Positions 8,972 to 21,300 of a stretch of DNA of 64,000 nt are shown in pieces. The notes under the pieces were generated by a model. That model saw only the letters and a list, made by a program, of their open reading frames with translations. It searched no databases and was not told the DNA's origin. This DNA comes from an uncultured Planctomycetaceae bacterium (lineage in GTDB: Bacteria; Planctomycetota; Planctomycetia; Isosphaerales; Isosphaeraceae), in contig CAWIAD010000002.1 of NCBI GenBank assembly GCA_963833985.1, positions 3,776,001 to 3,840,000 of the forward strand, given 5' to 3'. Position numbers and translations under genes: made by a program. Each line of letters starts with the position of its first letter. The first letter of the stretch is position 1.

Positions 8972-11503
8972 TCAGTGTGCCGCCAGGCTGTTGAAGCGCG
9001 GACCATCCGGCGAAGGAGGGTTGCCGTAGCGGAGGTGAACCAGCACCGCCGTCATGCCCCGATGCCGGTCCAGAACCGGTTCAAAAGTCTCGCCGGCCAT
9101 GGGTCTGGGAATCCAGGCGACGAGCCGCAGCTCGCCGGCGTTCTCGGGACGAGACTCCCAGTCCAGCCGCAGCGCTTCCAGAAGCGTCTTCGGGTCCGGG
9201 CCCTCGAACCCCTCGATCTGGTCCGGAACGGAGGTCGAAGCGGTCTGGCCCAGGTCCACCGAGCCGCCGGCCGCGATGGTTCCCAGGAAGGTCTCTCCAC
9301 GCTTCGCGGCGCCCGGAAAATCAACGAGGACCGCGTCCTTGAGTTCGAACTCGGTCTGGTTGACGATCCGGCGGCCCTCTTTCCCCTCTTCCATGAAGAT
9401 GGGACCGGCCATCCCCAGCATCTGCTCGGACCGGAACATGGCCAGGCTGCGCGGCTGAACGGAGAAGTCCTCCAGCGTGGGCACCGGATAGGACTGCCAG
9501 ACAGCCGTGGTCACATCCTCCCCCCCGATCGACCGCTCGGTGTTCAAGGGCAGAGCCAGTGCGCTGGGCTCGTTGGGAAACGAGATGGAATAACGGGCGC
9601 GGCCCGTGGTGTAGAGAGTGGCGAACCGGCTCAGATGCCCGCGGGCGTAGCCGCCTTGCACCTCGAGCAGGTCAATCTCGTCGCAGGCCGAGTCATAACC
9701 CATATCGTAAGCCGCCACGCGCTCCACTCCGATGGCAAACCCCAGCGCCAGCAGGGGCACCGCAATCCAGGCCCACTCCCTGCGGTTCAGGAGCAAGCGG
9801 CACACCAGGTAGTTCAGCGGCACGACTGCAAGGAGATAGGCCAGGATCACCTGAAGGACGAACCGGGAGCTCGGCACGGAGATGCCCGACGCCTTCTCCA
9901 GCAGATCGCGGCAGAGCCGGGGAATGGTGGTGGAATCGCGCCATTCGGCCACCCCGGTACGATTCTGCACGGCCTCCTCGGCCGGTGAGCTCGGTGACTG
10001 GTTCTCCGGCGTCGCCGAGGGAGGTGGCGGCGGAGTGTAGCGGCTGCTCGCCGCCGAGTTTTGCGCCTGGCGGGCGGCCAGGCTTGCCTTCAGTCGGAGG
10101 GCTTCGGCCTCGGCCCCGGCGTCGCGGCTGGTGATGCGATACCAGCTCAGGTCCGGGCCCTCCAGCGGCGGCCCGCCGCCGGGTGGAGAGATTCCCAGGC
10201 GGTTGTAGGCCAGCGCAGCCGCGCTCTCTTCAGGCCGGCGCAGCACGACGCGGCGGATGAGCGTATCGAGACCGGGCCAGGCCACCAGGGAAGGGTCGGT
10301 GGGATTGATCGTCAGCATGGTGATGCGGCCGCGTCCCACCCGGGCTTCCACCGCCAGCAGGTGCGGGCTGCCTTCGCCCAGCGAGATCGTCGCGGCCCCG
10401 GGCCGAGGCCGCAGCCCGGCCACGAACAGAGGCCGGTTCTTCGGCGGCCGGATCGGTACGGGCCGGCGGTACGGCCCGGAGGCAAACGAGGACAGGTCGA
10501 CCTCGCGCTGCGGCCTGGGGTTCATGGGATCTTGCTCGGGCGGCATGCTCTGCTGGGACGACGGCGGATACGCCTCGGCCAGGGGCCTGAGCTCGGCCTC
10601 GCCCAGCAGGGCGCTTTCCCCCGTGGGCTCCGCGGGCAGGTAGCCGCCCAGAAAGCTCTCGCGGAAGATCGAGAATGTGGGCCCCGCGCCTCCGACCAGC
10701 ACAAGCTGGCCGCCCCAGTGCAGCCAGTCGAGCAGCGCCTGCTGATGAGATACCGATAGCGAATCCGGTGGCAAGCCGTCCCAGATGACGTGGCTGATCG
10801 ATGCCCAGGTGAGCGGATGCGCGGAAAGGAAGCCCTTTTCGGCGTTCTCCGGCAGGACCATCCGGTAGTAACGCTGGAGCTCCAGCGACAGTGGGTCCTC
10901 ACGCTCGGCCGAAGCCGGAACGCTCGACGGCAGCCGGCTCCAGGTGGCGTACTGGTTCGCGGAGTCCTTGCTGAGCACGACGACCAGCATCTGGTGCGGG
11001 GGCAAGAGCCGCAGGGGCACCTGCCAGAGCTCGTCATAACGGATGGCCCCAGGTTGCAGGAGCTCCAGGTTGATCTCCTTCTCCTTGGGAAACCGCGGCA
11101 GCATGGCCTGCATGCTCAGCCGCGCGCGCTGCTCCTTCACCAGCCGGGCCTCGCGTGCGTACACGACCTCCTGGGGCATTCCCGGAAGCGGCACCGGAAA
11201 AAACTGGAGACTTCCCTCGTAGTCCTCTTCATTGGCCCGCAGGTCGATGAAGACCGTAGTCCACTGGCCGGGCTTGACATAGGGCAGCACGTCAAAAGGT
11301 GCCACCTGCGAGCGGAAGAACTCGAAGGGAGGCCGCGTCTTCTCCTTCTCGAGCTTCTTCTTGAGCGCATCGGGATCGCTGAGGATCTGAAGCCGCTCCT
11401 CATCGGAGGACGAGAGCTGCGCCCGCGCCGGGCAGACCCCTGCCGCGAGCAGCATGCCGGTCACGAGCAAGAACAGCGGCCACCGCGATGCGTGTGTCTT
11501 CAC
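8972..11503 (-). CDS. Large exported/membrane protein associated with the ABC system
   Basis: 843-aa ORF with a signal peptide, a GATase-like segment (QQALLDWLHWGGQLVLVGG) and two TM helices (VILAYLLAVVPLNY; WAWIAVPLLALGFA). Confidence 0.75.
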   Translation of the reverse strand: MKTHASRWPLFLLVTGMLLAAGVCPARAQLSSSDEERLQILSDPDALKKKLEKEKTRPPFEFFRSQVAPFDVLPYVKPGQWTTVFIDLRANEEDYEGSLQFFPVPLPGMPQEVVYAREARLVKEQRARLSMQAMLPRFPKEKEINLELLQPGAIRYDELWQVPLRLLPPHQMLVVVLSKDSANQYATWSRLPSSVPASAEREDPLSLELQRYYRMVLPENAEKGFLSAHPLTWASISHVIWDGLPPDSLSVSHQQALLDWLHWGGQLVLVGGAGPTFSIFRESFLGGYLPAEPTGESALLGEAELRPLAEAYPPSSQQSMPPEQDPMNPRPQREVDLSSFASGPYRRPVPIRPPKNRPLFVAGLRPRPGAATISLGEGSPHLLAVEARVGRGRITMLTINPTDPSLVAWPGLDTLIRRVVLRRPEESAAALAYNRLGISPPGGGPPLEGPDLSWYRITSRDAGAEAEALRLKASLAARQAQNSAASSRYTPPPPPSATPENQSPSSPAEEAVQNRTGVAEWRDSTTIPRLCRDLLEKASGISVPSSRFVLQVILAYLLAVVPLNYLVCRLLLNRREWAWIAVPLLALGFAIGVERVAAYDMGYDSACDEIDLLEVQGGYARGHLSRFATLYTTGRARYSISFPNEPSALALPLNTERSIGGEDVTTAVWQSYPVPTLEDFSVQPRSLAMFRSEQMLGMAGPIFMEEGKEGRRIVNQTEFELKDAVLVDFPGAAKRGETFLGTIAAGGSVDLGQTASTSVPDQIEGFEGPDPKTLLEALRLDWESRPENAGELRLVAWIPRPMAGETFEPVLDRHRGMTAVLVHLRYGNPPSPDGPRFNSLAAH

Positions 11504-11902
11504 GAGCAGGGCACCTGTGATGGTGAGTCATTCAAGAGAGGACCGAACAAGACTTTGACGCATCCCTGCATCGAACAGCGAGTCTAGCATCCGCCGAACC
11601 CGCCGGAAAGATCGTCAGCTCGCGGCAGACTTGCTCTGGACATCTCTCATCGAAGCGATCGACGACAAGTGTAATATGCAAGGGCCGAGCAGGGAAGGGG
11701 GAGGAGATCTGATCCACGGAATCGCGATTGCTCCGCCGGCAGTGGACCCTGGAGCGCCTGGCCGTGCCTCTCGCTGCGCTCAGGCTCTGGCAAGCAGCCT
11801 CCCAGATTCACGCGAGGGGAGGGAACGAGTAAGATCGAGGATTGATTGGCTGGCCCCGCAAGGGCCTGTTCCGTGCTCATGATCTGGTTGCAGGACCTCC
11901 CC

Positions 11903-12790
11903 GTGCCCGCATCGCTGCTCGATGGAAAAACGCTCGCCCAGCAGATCCGCCACGAGCTCGCGTTCGAGGTCGCCCGGTTTCGGGCGGAAACGGGGGTCAT
12001 TCCCGGGCTGAGCGTGGTGCTGGTGGGCGATGACCCGGCCAGTCAGGTCTACGTGCGCAACAAGCAGAACGCGACCCGCGCCGCGGGAATGAACGGCAGC
12101 CTGGTGCGGCTTCCCGCCCATGCAAGCCAGTCTGAGCTGGTCGAGCTGATCGACCGCTTGAATGAGAACGCCGCGACGCACGGAATTCTCGTCCAGCTTC
12201 CGCTGCCGCGGGGGATTGAGGAACGGGTGGTCATCGAGCGCCTTGATCCGCTCAAGGATGTGGACGGGTTCCATCCCATCAACACAGGACTGCTGGCTCA
12301 GGGGACGCCCCGGTTTGTGCCGTGCACGCCGCTGGGAATCCGCGAGCTGCTCATCCACGCGCAGATCGAGACGCGGGGCGCCCACGCCGTCGTGCTCGGG
12401 CGATCGCAGATCGTGGGCAAGCCGATGGCGCTGTTGCTGCTTCAGAAAGGAGTCGGCGGCGACGCCACGGTCACGGTCTGCCACACGGCCACGGTGAACG
12501 CGCCGGCGATTGCGCGGCAGGCGGATGTCCTGATCGTTGCCATGGGCCGTGCGGAGTGTGTCACGGCCGACTGGATCAAGCCGGGCGCTGTGGTCATTGA
12601 TGTGGGCATTCACAAGCTTGAGGACGGCACGCTCCGCGGCGACGTTGATTTTCAGAGCGTGGCGGCGGTCGCTTCCAGGATCACTCCTGTTCCCGGCGGA
12701 GTCGGGCCGCTCACGGTGGCCATGCTACTGCGCAACACGCTGCATGCCGCCCGCCTGGCGGTGTCTGATTCAGCAGGCCATCGGGCCTAG
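11903..12790 (+). CDS. folD: Bifunctional methylenetetrahydrofolate dehydrogenase/cyclohydrolase
   Basis: LLDGK, DPASQVYVRNK, GILVQLPLP, KDVDGFHP, PCTP, GRSQIVGKP and TPVPGGVGP motifs. GTG start inferred. Confidence 0.95.
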   Translation: MPASLLDGKTLAQQIRHELAFEVARFRAETGVIPGLSVVLVGDDPASQVYVRNKQNATRAAGMNGSLVRLPAHASQSELVELIDRLNENAATHGILVQLPLPRGIEERVVIERLDPLKDVDGFHPINTGLLAQGTPRFVPCTPLGIRELLIHAQIETRGAHAVVLGRSQIVGKPMALLLLQKGVGGDATVTVCHTATVNAPAIARQADVLIVAMGRAECVTADWIKPGAVVIDVGIHKLEDGTLRGDVDFQSVAAVASRITPVPGGVGPLTVAMLLRNTLHAARLAVSDSAGHRA

Positions 12791-12803
12791 GAGCGAGACA
12801 ACG

Positions 12804-13643
12804 ATGATTCGACTGGGCATCTGCAACGAGCTGTTCGAGGGCTGGGAGTTCAGCCAGGTGTGCCGGACGGTCAAGGCGATCGGCTACGACGGCCTGGAGA
12901 TCGCACCGTTCACCATGGCGCCCCGGATCACCGACCTGGCGGCCGACCGCCAACGCGCGCTGCGCGCAATGATCGAGGACGCCGGGCTGGCGACGATTGG
13001 CCTGCACTGGCTGCTGGCGAAGACGGAAGGACTCTATCTCACAGCCCCTGATCCGCAGGTTCGGCGGCGAACCGGCGATTACCTGGTCGCGCTTGCGGAA
13101 GCGACCAGAGATCTCGGGGGCACCCTCATGGTCCTTGGCTCTCCCAAGCAGCGCGACCTGCTGCCGGGAGTGAGCCACGACCTCGCGGCTGGCTACGCCC
13201 TGGAGATCTTCGAACGCGTCATGCCCGCCATCGGCGCGCTGGAGGTGGATCTCTGTCTCGAGCCCCTGGCGCCTTCCGAGACCAATTTCCTGAACACCTG
13301 CGACCAGGCCAATGCGCTCATCAGCGCGGTGAACCACCCTCATTTCAAGCTCCACCTGGACGTGAAGGCCCAGAGCGGCGAGACGGGGACCTCGGTTCCC
13401 GAGCTGATCCGCCGCCATGCGCGAAACGCAGGCCATTTTCACGCTCAGGATGTGAACCTGCGCGGGCCCGGCATGGGTAGCGTCGACTTCAGGCCAATCG
13501 TGCAGGCGCTCGTGGATTCGGGCTACGACCGCTGGGTGTCGGTCGAGGTTTTTGATTATTCCCCAGGCGCCGAGGAGACGGCAAGGCAAAGCATTGCGTG
13601 TCTTCAGGATGCGCTGCGGCAGTCCGGTGCACGCGGTGCTTGA
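12804..13643 (+). CDS. Sugar phosphate isomerase/epimerase (xylose-isomerase-like TIM barrel)
   Basis: GYDGLEIAP, LEPL..ETNFLNT, LHLDVK, HFHAQD..GPGMG and SVEVF motifs. Confidence 0.85.
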   Translation: MIRLGICNELFEGWEFSQVCRTVKAIGYDGLEIAPFTMAPRITDLAADRQRALRAMIEDAGLATIGLHWLLAKTEGLYLTAPDPQVRRRTGDYLVALAEATRDLGGTLMVLGSPKQRDLLPGVSHDLAAGYALEIFERVMPAIGALEVDLCLEPLAPSETNFLNTCDQANALISAVNHPHFKLHLDVKAQSGETGTSVPELIRRHARNAGHFHAQDVNLRGPGMGSVDFRPIVQALVDSGYDRWVSVEVFDYSPGAEETARQSIACLQDALRQSGARGA

Positions 13644-13646
13644 CGT

Positions 13647-16600
13647 TCAGGGCACGGCGGTGAGCTGCTTCCGCAGGTCCTCGAAGACCAGGAGCTCCAG
13701 AGGATCCATCAAGCGAGGCGAGACGCCGAGCTGTTCCGCTTGCCGGAACATGGCCCGGGCGGAATTCGTGTCGCCGTTCTTCAGGTAGGCCCACGCCATG
13801 TGGAAAGCCGTGCTGCCATTCTGAGGATCGTGCTGCCTGAGCGGCTGAAGCTGCTGGAGGGCCCGGCCGGACTGCCCGGCGCGAATCAGCACGACGGCGC
13901 GCGTGTCGGCCAGCGACAGGTCCGAGCCATTGACCTCGATGGCCTTGTTGATCAGCGCGAGCGCCTCGCCCGCTCTGGCCCGGTCGTGCATCGCCAGCAG
14001 CCATGCCAGGTTGTTGAGTGCTTCGGAATCCTCGGGGTGGTTCTGGAGGACCTGGCGACAAGCGCCTCGGCCTCCTGGAACCGCCCTTGACGGATTCGCA
14101 GGCCGCTCAGCTTGACTTGCAGGTCCATGCGTGCGGGCAGACGCCGGGCTGCCTCGGCAACCCAGTCCTCCACCTGATGCCTTTGACCGGCCGTGATCGA
14201 CGGAGCGTCATAGAGTTCCAGCGCTGCATACGCGACCTGATCCGGCCGGCCGGTTGACCAGGACTTCTCCAGCAGAGGCATGGCCTCCGCCACACGGTCT
14301 TGTTTTGCAAGCAGGCTGGCCAGGGCCAGCACGGCGTCGGACTGTCCCGTCTCGCGACCCATGAGCGTCTTGTAAGACTGTTCCGCCTGGCGCGTGAAGC
14401 CGTAGCGATTCAGAAGATCGGCAATCCGAGGCAGCTCACCGGGCGTCTCCCGGCCACGTGCCTGGAGCAGGGTCAGCAGCTCGGAGTCCTGCTTGCGGGC
14501 CTTGAGCAGGGCCGCCTGCGCCTCCAGAGCGTTCAGCCCCTCCGGCTCGACACGCCGCAGCTCGCCGAGCAGGCTCTCGGCGCGGCCATACTCCTTGCGG
14601 CTGGCCAGAAAGTGGATGTAATGCGCCAGTTGTTGCGGATCGGCGTGCTCTTTCCCCTTCGGGGATGTGAGCACATTCATCTGGGCGCGGTAGCCGTCTT
14701 CCCGGCCGGCCTGGAGGTCGAGTTGTGCCAGCAGGAAGCGGCCGGCGCGGTCCAGCTCGTTTCTGCTCGCCAGGGAATCGAGTATTTCCAGCGCCTCGCC
14801 TCTGCCTGACTGTCGGCTGGCCAGAATGGTCGCCTTCAGCCGTCGGTCCTCTGCGCTCCCGGGCAGCGCGCCGATGTTCTCGTCAATCAGGCGCAGCGCC
14901 TGTTCAACGCCGGCCGGCCCTCTTGCCTGAAGCAGCAGGGCGGCTTTTGTTCTGCGGGCCCACGCCAGCTCGGCACGCGAGCTCTGTGGAGCGTCGCTCA
15001 ACAATCTGTCCAGAAAGCTGCCTGCCAGGTCGGTGCGTCCGCGACCGTGGTAGAAAATGATCGCGGGCGCAAGGCGGCCGGATCTTGCGGATCAGCCTTG
15101 AGCGACGACTCGATCTGCGTCTCGGCGAGGGCGTCATCGCCGAGCATCATCGCGCAGACCGCGGCTGTGGCTGCCGCGGGACCGGAAAGCTCGTGTGTGA
15201 TGGCTTTCCGCAGTGCGGCGCGGGCCTTGTCCGTCTGGTGCGTGTCGACCAGGAACTGGATGCAGGAAAACCAGGCCTCGGGAACACCAGTCCCGAGCTC
15301 GGTCGCGTGCCGGAAGTATCCCTCTGCTTGCTCGTCCTTGCCGGCCGCCCGCGCGAAGTGGCCAAGTGTCAGGGGATCACCGAAGTCCGTGGAGTTGCCG
15401 GGAATCACTCCGAGCAAAAGCGTAAGCCCTTGAGATGCGTTTCCCTGGCGCGCCGTGGTGATTGCGGTCGCGATGGTGGAAAGGTCCGTCTGTGCGATCC
15501 CGCGCTCCTGGAGCAACCGGGCCAGTTCCTCGATGTCCGCGAAGCGTTCATGTCTGAAAAGAAACTGGAGCAGGTGCCGCAGCGTCTGCGGCTGCTGGTC
15601 GCCCTGTCTGACCGCCGAGAGGTAAGCTCCCGCCGCCGCTTCGGGCTGGTTATTCAGCTCGGCAAGCTGGGCATTCAGCAGCGACACGCCCCACCATCCT
15701 GGCCGTCGCCGGGCGATCTCAGAGACCAGCGCACGCGCGTCTGCTCGAGTGGTGCGGTTGCCACGGCGAGCCTGGTCGAGGAACTTCAGCGCCTGTTCGT
15801 ACCGCCAGTTCGTTCCATCCTCGCCTTCGATCTCCCGGATCTGCTGTATCAGCTCATTCCCCTCGGTCTCGTCGCGGGCGGCCAGGGCCAGGTCGAAGCG
15901 GCCCATGAGCACCTTCAGGTTTCCCGGCTCCAATTTCGAGAGTTCTCGCAGGTGCACGTGCGCGAGTTCGGGCTCGTTCAACCGCGTTTCGGCGGTGGCA
16001 AGCTGGTCCAGGAAGCGCGGCAGCTCGGCGGCGGGAATCTGCTTTCGAGACCCGGCCACACGCGCCACGCCGGCAGCGGCATTGGCACCGCCCTGCCGGG
16101 CCCAGAACGCAAGCCGGGCGTACTGAATCTCCGGATGCGGCCCCAGTTCGGTCTCGGCCTGGTCGAGGATCGTCAAAGGCTCGGAGCGATCCGTACCCCG
16201 ACCGGCAAGTCTGGCCAGCGCCAGGCGGCACGGAAGATTCCGTGGATTCCTTGCCAGTGTCGATCTCAGCAGCAGTCGAGCCTCGTCGAACTGCTCCCGG
16301 GCGGAGAGCATGTCGGCTTGAAGCAGATCAAGCGCCTCGGTGGCGCCGGGTATCGCCTTGCGGGCTTCTTCGATCCGCCGTTCCACCGTGCGCCAGTCGC
16401 GCTCGTTCGCGGGCTGGCGACGCGTTTTCTCGATCGACAGACGTGCGATCTCGAGCCGCAGCTCGGGCAGGCTCTGGGCCAGCGGGTGTAAGAGGGTCAG
16501 GGCCTCGTCGAGCCGGTTGGCAACCGCCAGGGCGCGGGCAAGCTCCAGCTGAGCTGCCTGGGAGGGCGCCGAGCCTTCGCTCGCACTGTGCAGGACGGCA

Positions 16601-17864
16601 ACCCGCTGCTCGTCGAGATTCAGACGCCCGTAGCATTCCGCCAGCAACAGCCTGAGCTGGGCGGAGACACGGGCGTCTGAAGCCAGTCCCGCCTGGGCCG
16701 ACTGTATCTTGGCGATCGCCTTTTCCCAATGTCCCTGCTGAGCTTCGATGCGGGCGTCCAGATACCGGACGTAGTTTTCGCGATAACCGTGCGCCGCCAG
16801 GAAATCCAGGAGCGGCCGGGCGCCGTCGGAACCCTCGATCCTGGACCGCAGGATGAGCGTCTCGGCCAGCAGGAACGCCAGCTCGGGCGACGGGCTCTGC
16901 TGGAACACCGGCCGCAGTACCAGTTCTGCGCGATCCGGATGCTGCTCCTGAAGCTCCAGCCGTGCCAGCGCCAGGGCGAGGTTCTGGTCCTGGGGATGGG
17001 CCTTCCGCCCGCTTTCGAGCAATGCGCGGTGCCTGCCACGTCTTTCTTCTCACCGGCGACCAGTGCGGCGATGTACAGAACCTGGGCGTCCTGGGGCGCC
17101 AGCTTCAGGGCCAGCCCGAGATCAGCGTCCCGGGGGGGAGGCCGGAATTCCGCGGCATAGCGATAACGATAAAGATGAGCAAGCCCCGATTGCGGGTTCC
17201 TTGCCACCATCCGGTCGATCTCATCGTCAGCTTGCCTGGCGCCTCTGTGCAGCTCATTGCGGAAGAGGCGTGCGCGTTGCACGTAGCCGTTCAGACGGGC
17301 CGGGTCCGCAGCGATCGACTCGCCGAAGGAACTGGCCGCGGAGGCAAAATCTGCTTCGAGCACCAGGCAGCTGCCCTCGAGCTCCTTGAGCTCGGCGAAC
17401 TCAGCCTGGGCGTCGGCCGAGCCGGGGTCTCGTTGCCGCTTTGCGGAACTGGCTTCGAGCAACACCGCCAGATGTCGCCTTGCGTCTGCGGCGCGCTTTG
17501 GACGCAGCTCAAGAGCCAGCGCGACGCAGCGCCGCTCCAGTTCGAGATCTCCTGGATTGTGCTGGAGCGCTTCCTCGTAGACGAGGTAAACCGGATCGAG
17601 AGGCCAGCTTCCAGCGGATTCGTCGGCGAACGCCCGGGCATACCAGCGCCAGGCGTCCCGATCCGCGGGCCTCAGGTTCAGGTAGCGGCGGAGTGCATCA
17701 CAGGCCCTGGAGATCTCACCCTGATTCTCCGCGCTCTGCGCATAGTTCAGCAGTCCGCTTGCATTGCGGCGGACCTGCCACTGATGAATCCCGTATCCGG
17801 CTGCCGTCAGCGCGAGTGACACCGCGGTCAACCGGGCCAGAAAGACAAGGTTCAGTTTTCTCAT
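13647..17864 (-). CDS. Giant TPR-repeat protein of about 1400 aa, split by frameshifts near 17030, 15040 and 14060
   Basis: N-terminal anchor (MRKLNLVFLARL..GYGIHQWQVRRNA). TPR helices continue through ORFs 16620..18008, 14998..17022, 13952..15004 and 13647..13991 (LADTRAVVLI, FHMAWAY). Confidence 0.7.
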
Positions 17865-18375
17865 CAGCCGCCAAGTCGCAGAGATGTGCCTGGGTGACGC
17901 GCCCGCTTCTTGCTCCGAATCGAGACCATATACGCTATCACGACCTGCGTCATGAGTGATAGAGTGCGGCAGAGCAATTGCTGCCGGGTTCGTCCTGCAC
18001 GGAAGCATCCCGGGCTTTCACGTTGGTCAGGACTCACGACGGAATCAACTCGGAATCTCAAGTGCTTGCATGCGATGATTGAAAAAAGCGACATAGCGAC
18101 CATGCGCGTCCGGCTGTTTGCTGTGATATATTGGTCAATTCTTGAAGGGGCGCCGTCGCTCGATGCTCGCAGAAAAACCTTGCACGACGGGCCTCATGTA
18201 TCACGGCTGGCATGGTCCGAGAAGCAAATCCTGGCCGCCCGGCTGGTGGGTTGCAGGCCGCTGAAAGCTGGTTTCACGATAGGATCTGAGAATCACCTGT
18301 TTGATCGTGTTCCGTTCGCTCACCTGACGCGACACGGCGGCTTCGGGTCGAGCGAGTCATCATATCGGCATCCGT

Positions 18376-21300
18376 ATGTCTGAGTTTTCGAGGAATCCGA
18401 TGAACACGCAGAACGATCTCCTCTTCGGTCTGGTCGCATTTCAGACGGGCGCAGTAGACGGGGACCGGCTGGCGGAGACCTGCGCGGACTGGTCGGCAGA
18501 ACCGGCCGTAGGTTTGGCGGATCGGTTGGTCGGATGCGGCTGCCTCACGATCGAGCAAAAGGAACAGATCGAGAACATCGTGCTCGAGGAGCTCAGGAAT
18601 CACGGCGGAGACCCACAGGCGACTCTGGCGGCCACGGTGGACGGACGCTTCCTCGATGCGATCCGCGACGTGCCGGCCACACTGGGCGGTGAGCTGGCCC
18701 AGCTGGGAGAGACTCTGGCACCGGTTGCGAGCTATGAACGACTGAATGCGCTCGACAATGCCGGGGACGCGACCACCGAGAAATACACGCGCACGCACCT
18801 CCATGCCAAGGGGGGCATGGGTCAGGTATGGGTCGCACGGGATGGATCGCTGGGCCGGCAGATCGCACTGAAGGAGCTGCGGCCGGATCAGTCCGACAAT
18901 TCGATCGTCTGCTCCCGGTTCCTGTACGAGGCCAAGATCACCGCTCAGCTCGAGCATCCCGGCATTGTCCCGGTCTACGAGCTTGGCGGGGGACCGGTTC
19001 CCTACTACACGATGCGGTTCGTCAAGGGGCGCACGCTGGGCGAGGCCACACGCGCTTACCACAAGGATCGCCAGGCCGGCAAGGCCGACGCCTTGGGGCT
19101 CGTCAAACTGCTCGGTGCGTTCCTGGGAGTTTGCCATGCGATCTCTTACGCCCACTCCCGCGGGGTCATCCACCGCGACCTGAAGGGACAGAACGTCGTC
19201 CTCGGCGATTTCGGCGAGGTGATCGTGCTCGACTGGGGAATCGCCAAGCAGATCGGACCGGCGGTTTATTCGCCAGCGTCCTCCGCGGCTGTGGGAGACC
19301 CTGGCGATGATCTTCCCTCGCCAGCGCAACGGCGAATGCAAGGCCGGCACAATGGGGGAGTCGCTCGGCGTCCAGGAGACCTTGCCGGCAACCTCAACCG
19401 GTAGCTCCAGCGTCTCCGACTCGCGCCCAGGCTCGACTCGGGCGCCGGCCCTGAAGGCACGATGCACGGCCAGTTGCTGGGAACTCCCGGTTTCATGGCG
19501 CCCGAGCAGGCCAGCGGCCAGCTCGACCAGATCGACGAGCGCACCGACGTTTACGGCCTCGGAGCGGTTCTCTATGAGGTTCTGACCGGAGAGCCTCCCT
19601 TCACCGGCAAGAAAACGACCGAGATCCTCCATCGGGTCAAGAACGAGCCTCCCACACCCCCGCGTGATCGCGACCCCAGCATCGACCCTGCGCTTCAGGC
19701 GATCTGCCTGAAGGCTCTCTCCAAGGCCCCAGCACAACGATATGCCTCCGCGGCCGACCTGGCACAGGAGGTTCAGCGCTACCTGGCCGATGAGCCCGTG
19801 CAGGCCTGCCCGGACCCCTGGACCCGGCGCGCCCTGCGCCGGCGGCGCCGCCATCGGACTCTGGTGACGACGGCCGCCGGGCTGCTCGTGACCACGACCA
19901 TCGCGCTGGCGACCGGCACGGTCCTGGTCACCCGCGAGCGCAACGAGGCCGAATTCCAGGGCAAACAGGCGCGGCAGGCCGTCGATGACATGTACACGAA
20001 GGTCGCCGAGAACTGGCTGGAAGACCGGCTGGACCCGTTACAGAAGGAGTTCCTGGAGAAAACCCTGGCCCACTACCAGAACATCACCGGGCAGGCCGCC
20101 GGTGATGTGGCCGTACGCCTGGAGCACGGCCGCGCCTTCCAGAGAATGGGCGACATCCATCGCAAGCTGGGCCGGCTTGACGAGGCCGGTGAAGCGTTCC
20201 GCCATGGTCTGGCGATCCTCGAGCCCCTCCAGGCCCAGCGGCCCGACGATGGTGAAGCGCGCCGGGCCCTGGCAATTTGCCAGACGCACCTGGGAGATCT
20301 GCTGGTGCGTAAAGGCACCAACGACCAGGCCGAGCCGCTCTATCGCGCGGCGAGGCAGCTTCTGGAGGCCCAGGCCGGGGCGGACAAGGCAACACCCGAG
20401 GATCGCTGGCTGCTGGCCCGCACGCTCAAGAGCCAGGCCGATCTGCTGCGGCGTCAGGGCAATTTCACTGGGGCCCGTCCCCTCTACCAGCAGGCCGTCG
20501 ACACGCTGGAAAAGGCCGTGGCAAGCGTCCCCGCACCGGCGCCGAGTGATGTGCGCAACGATCTTGCTCTCACGCAAGACGCGCTGGGGCAGTTGCTCAT
20601 GGAGCTGGGGGACATGGGCACCGCCGAGGCCATGTTCCGCCGCGCCCTCAAGCTGCTGGAGCCGCTCGTTGCCGAATTTCCCACCATTCCCAGGTTCCGA
20701 GAGACGCTGGCCAAGGCCAGCAACAGCCTGGGGATGATCGAGCAAGGCGACGGACGGTGGAGCGAATCCGAGGCTCACTACCGGCTCGAGCTCGCTGAGG
20801 CGGAGCGGCTCACGCAGGACTTTCCCGACCGCCCCGAGTTCCGGCGCGAGCTGGCACGCACGTGCACGAACCTCGGAGGCCTGCTCGCGGAGCAGAGCCG
20901 CGGAGCCGAGGCGGAGCCGATCCTGCGGCGGGGCATCACCCTCAACGCCGAACTTGCAGTCAGCCAGCCGGGCGACGTGCAGTTGCGGCTGGACCTGGCG
21001 AAATGCCGCAATAACCTGGGATACTTGCACCTGGAGAACGGGCGCAGCGAGGAAGCGATCAAGGAGATGGAGCAGGCGCGGGATCTGAGCGCCGCTCTCG
21101 TCAAGCAGTTCCCGGACGCGCCGCGGTACGACTACAACCTGGCCGGCGACCTCAGAAATCTCGCCCGGGCGTACGAGGCCGCGGGTCAAAAGAGCGCGGA
21201 AGCGACCTTCCGGCAATCGCTGAAAATCAGCGAGCAGCTCGCCGGCAAGTACCCTGCAAACGTCGATTACCAGCTCGAGCTGGGACGCTGCCTGAACAAC

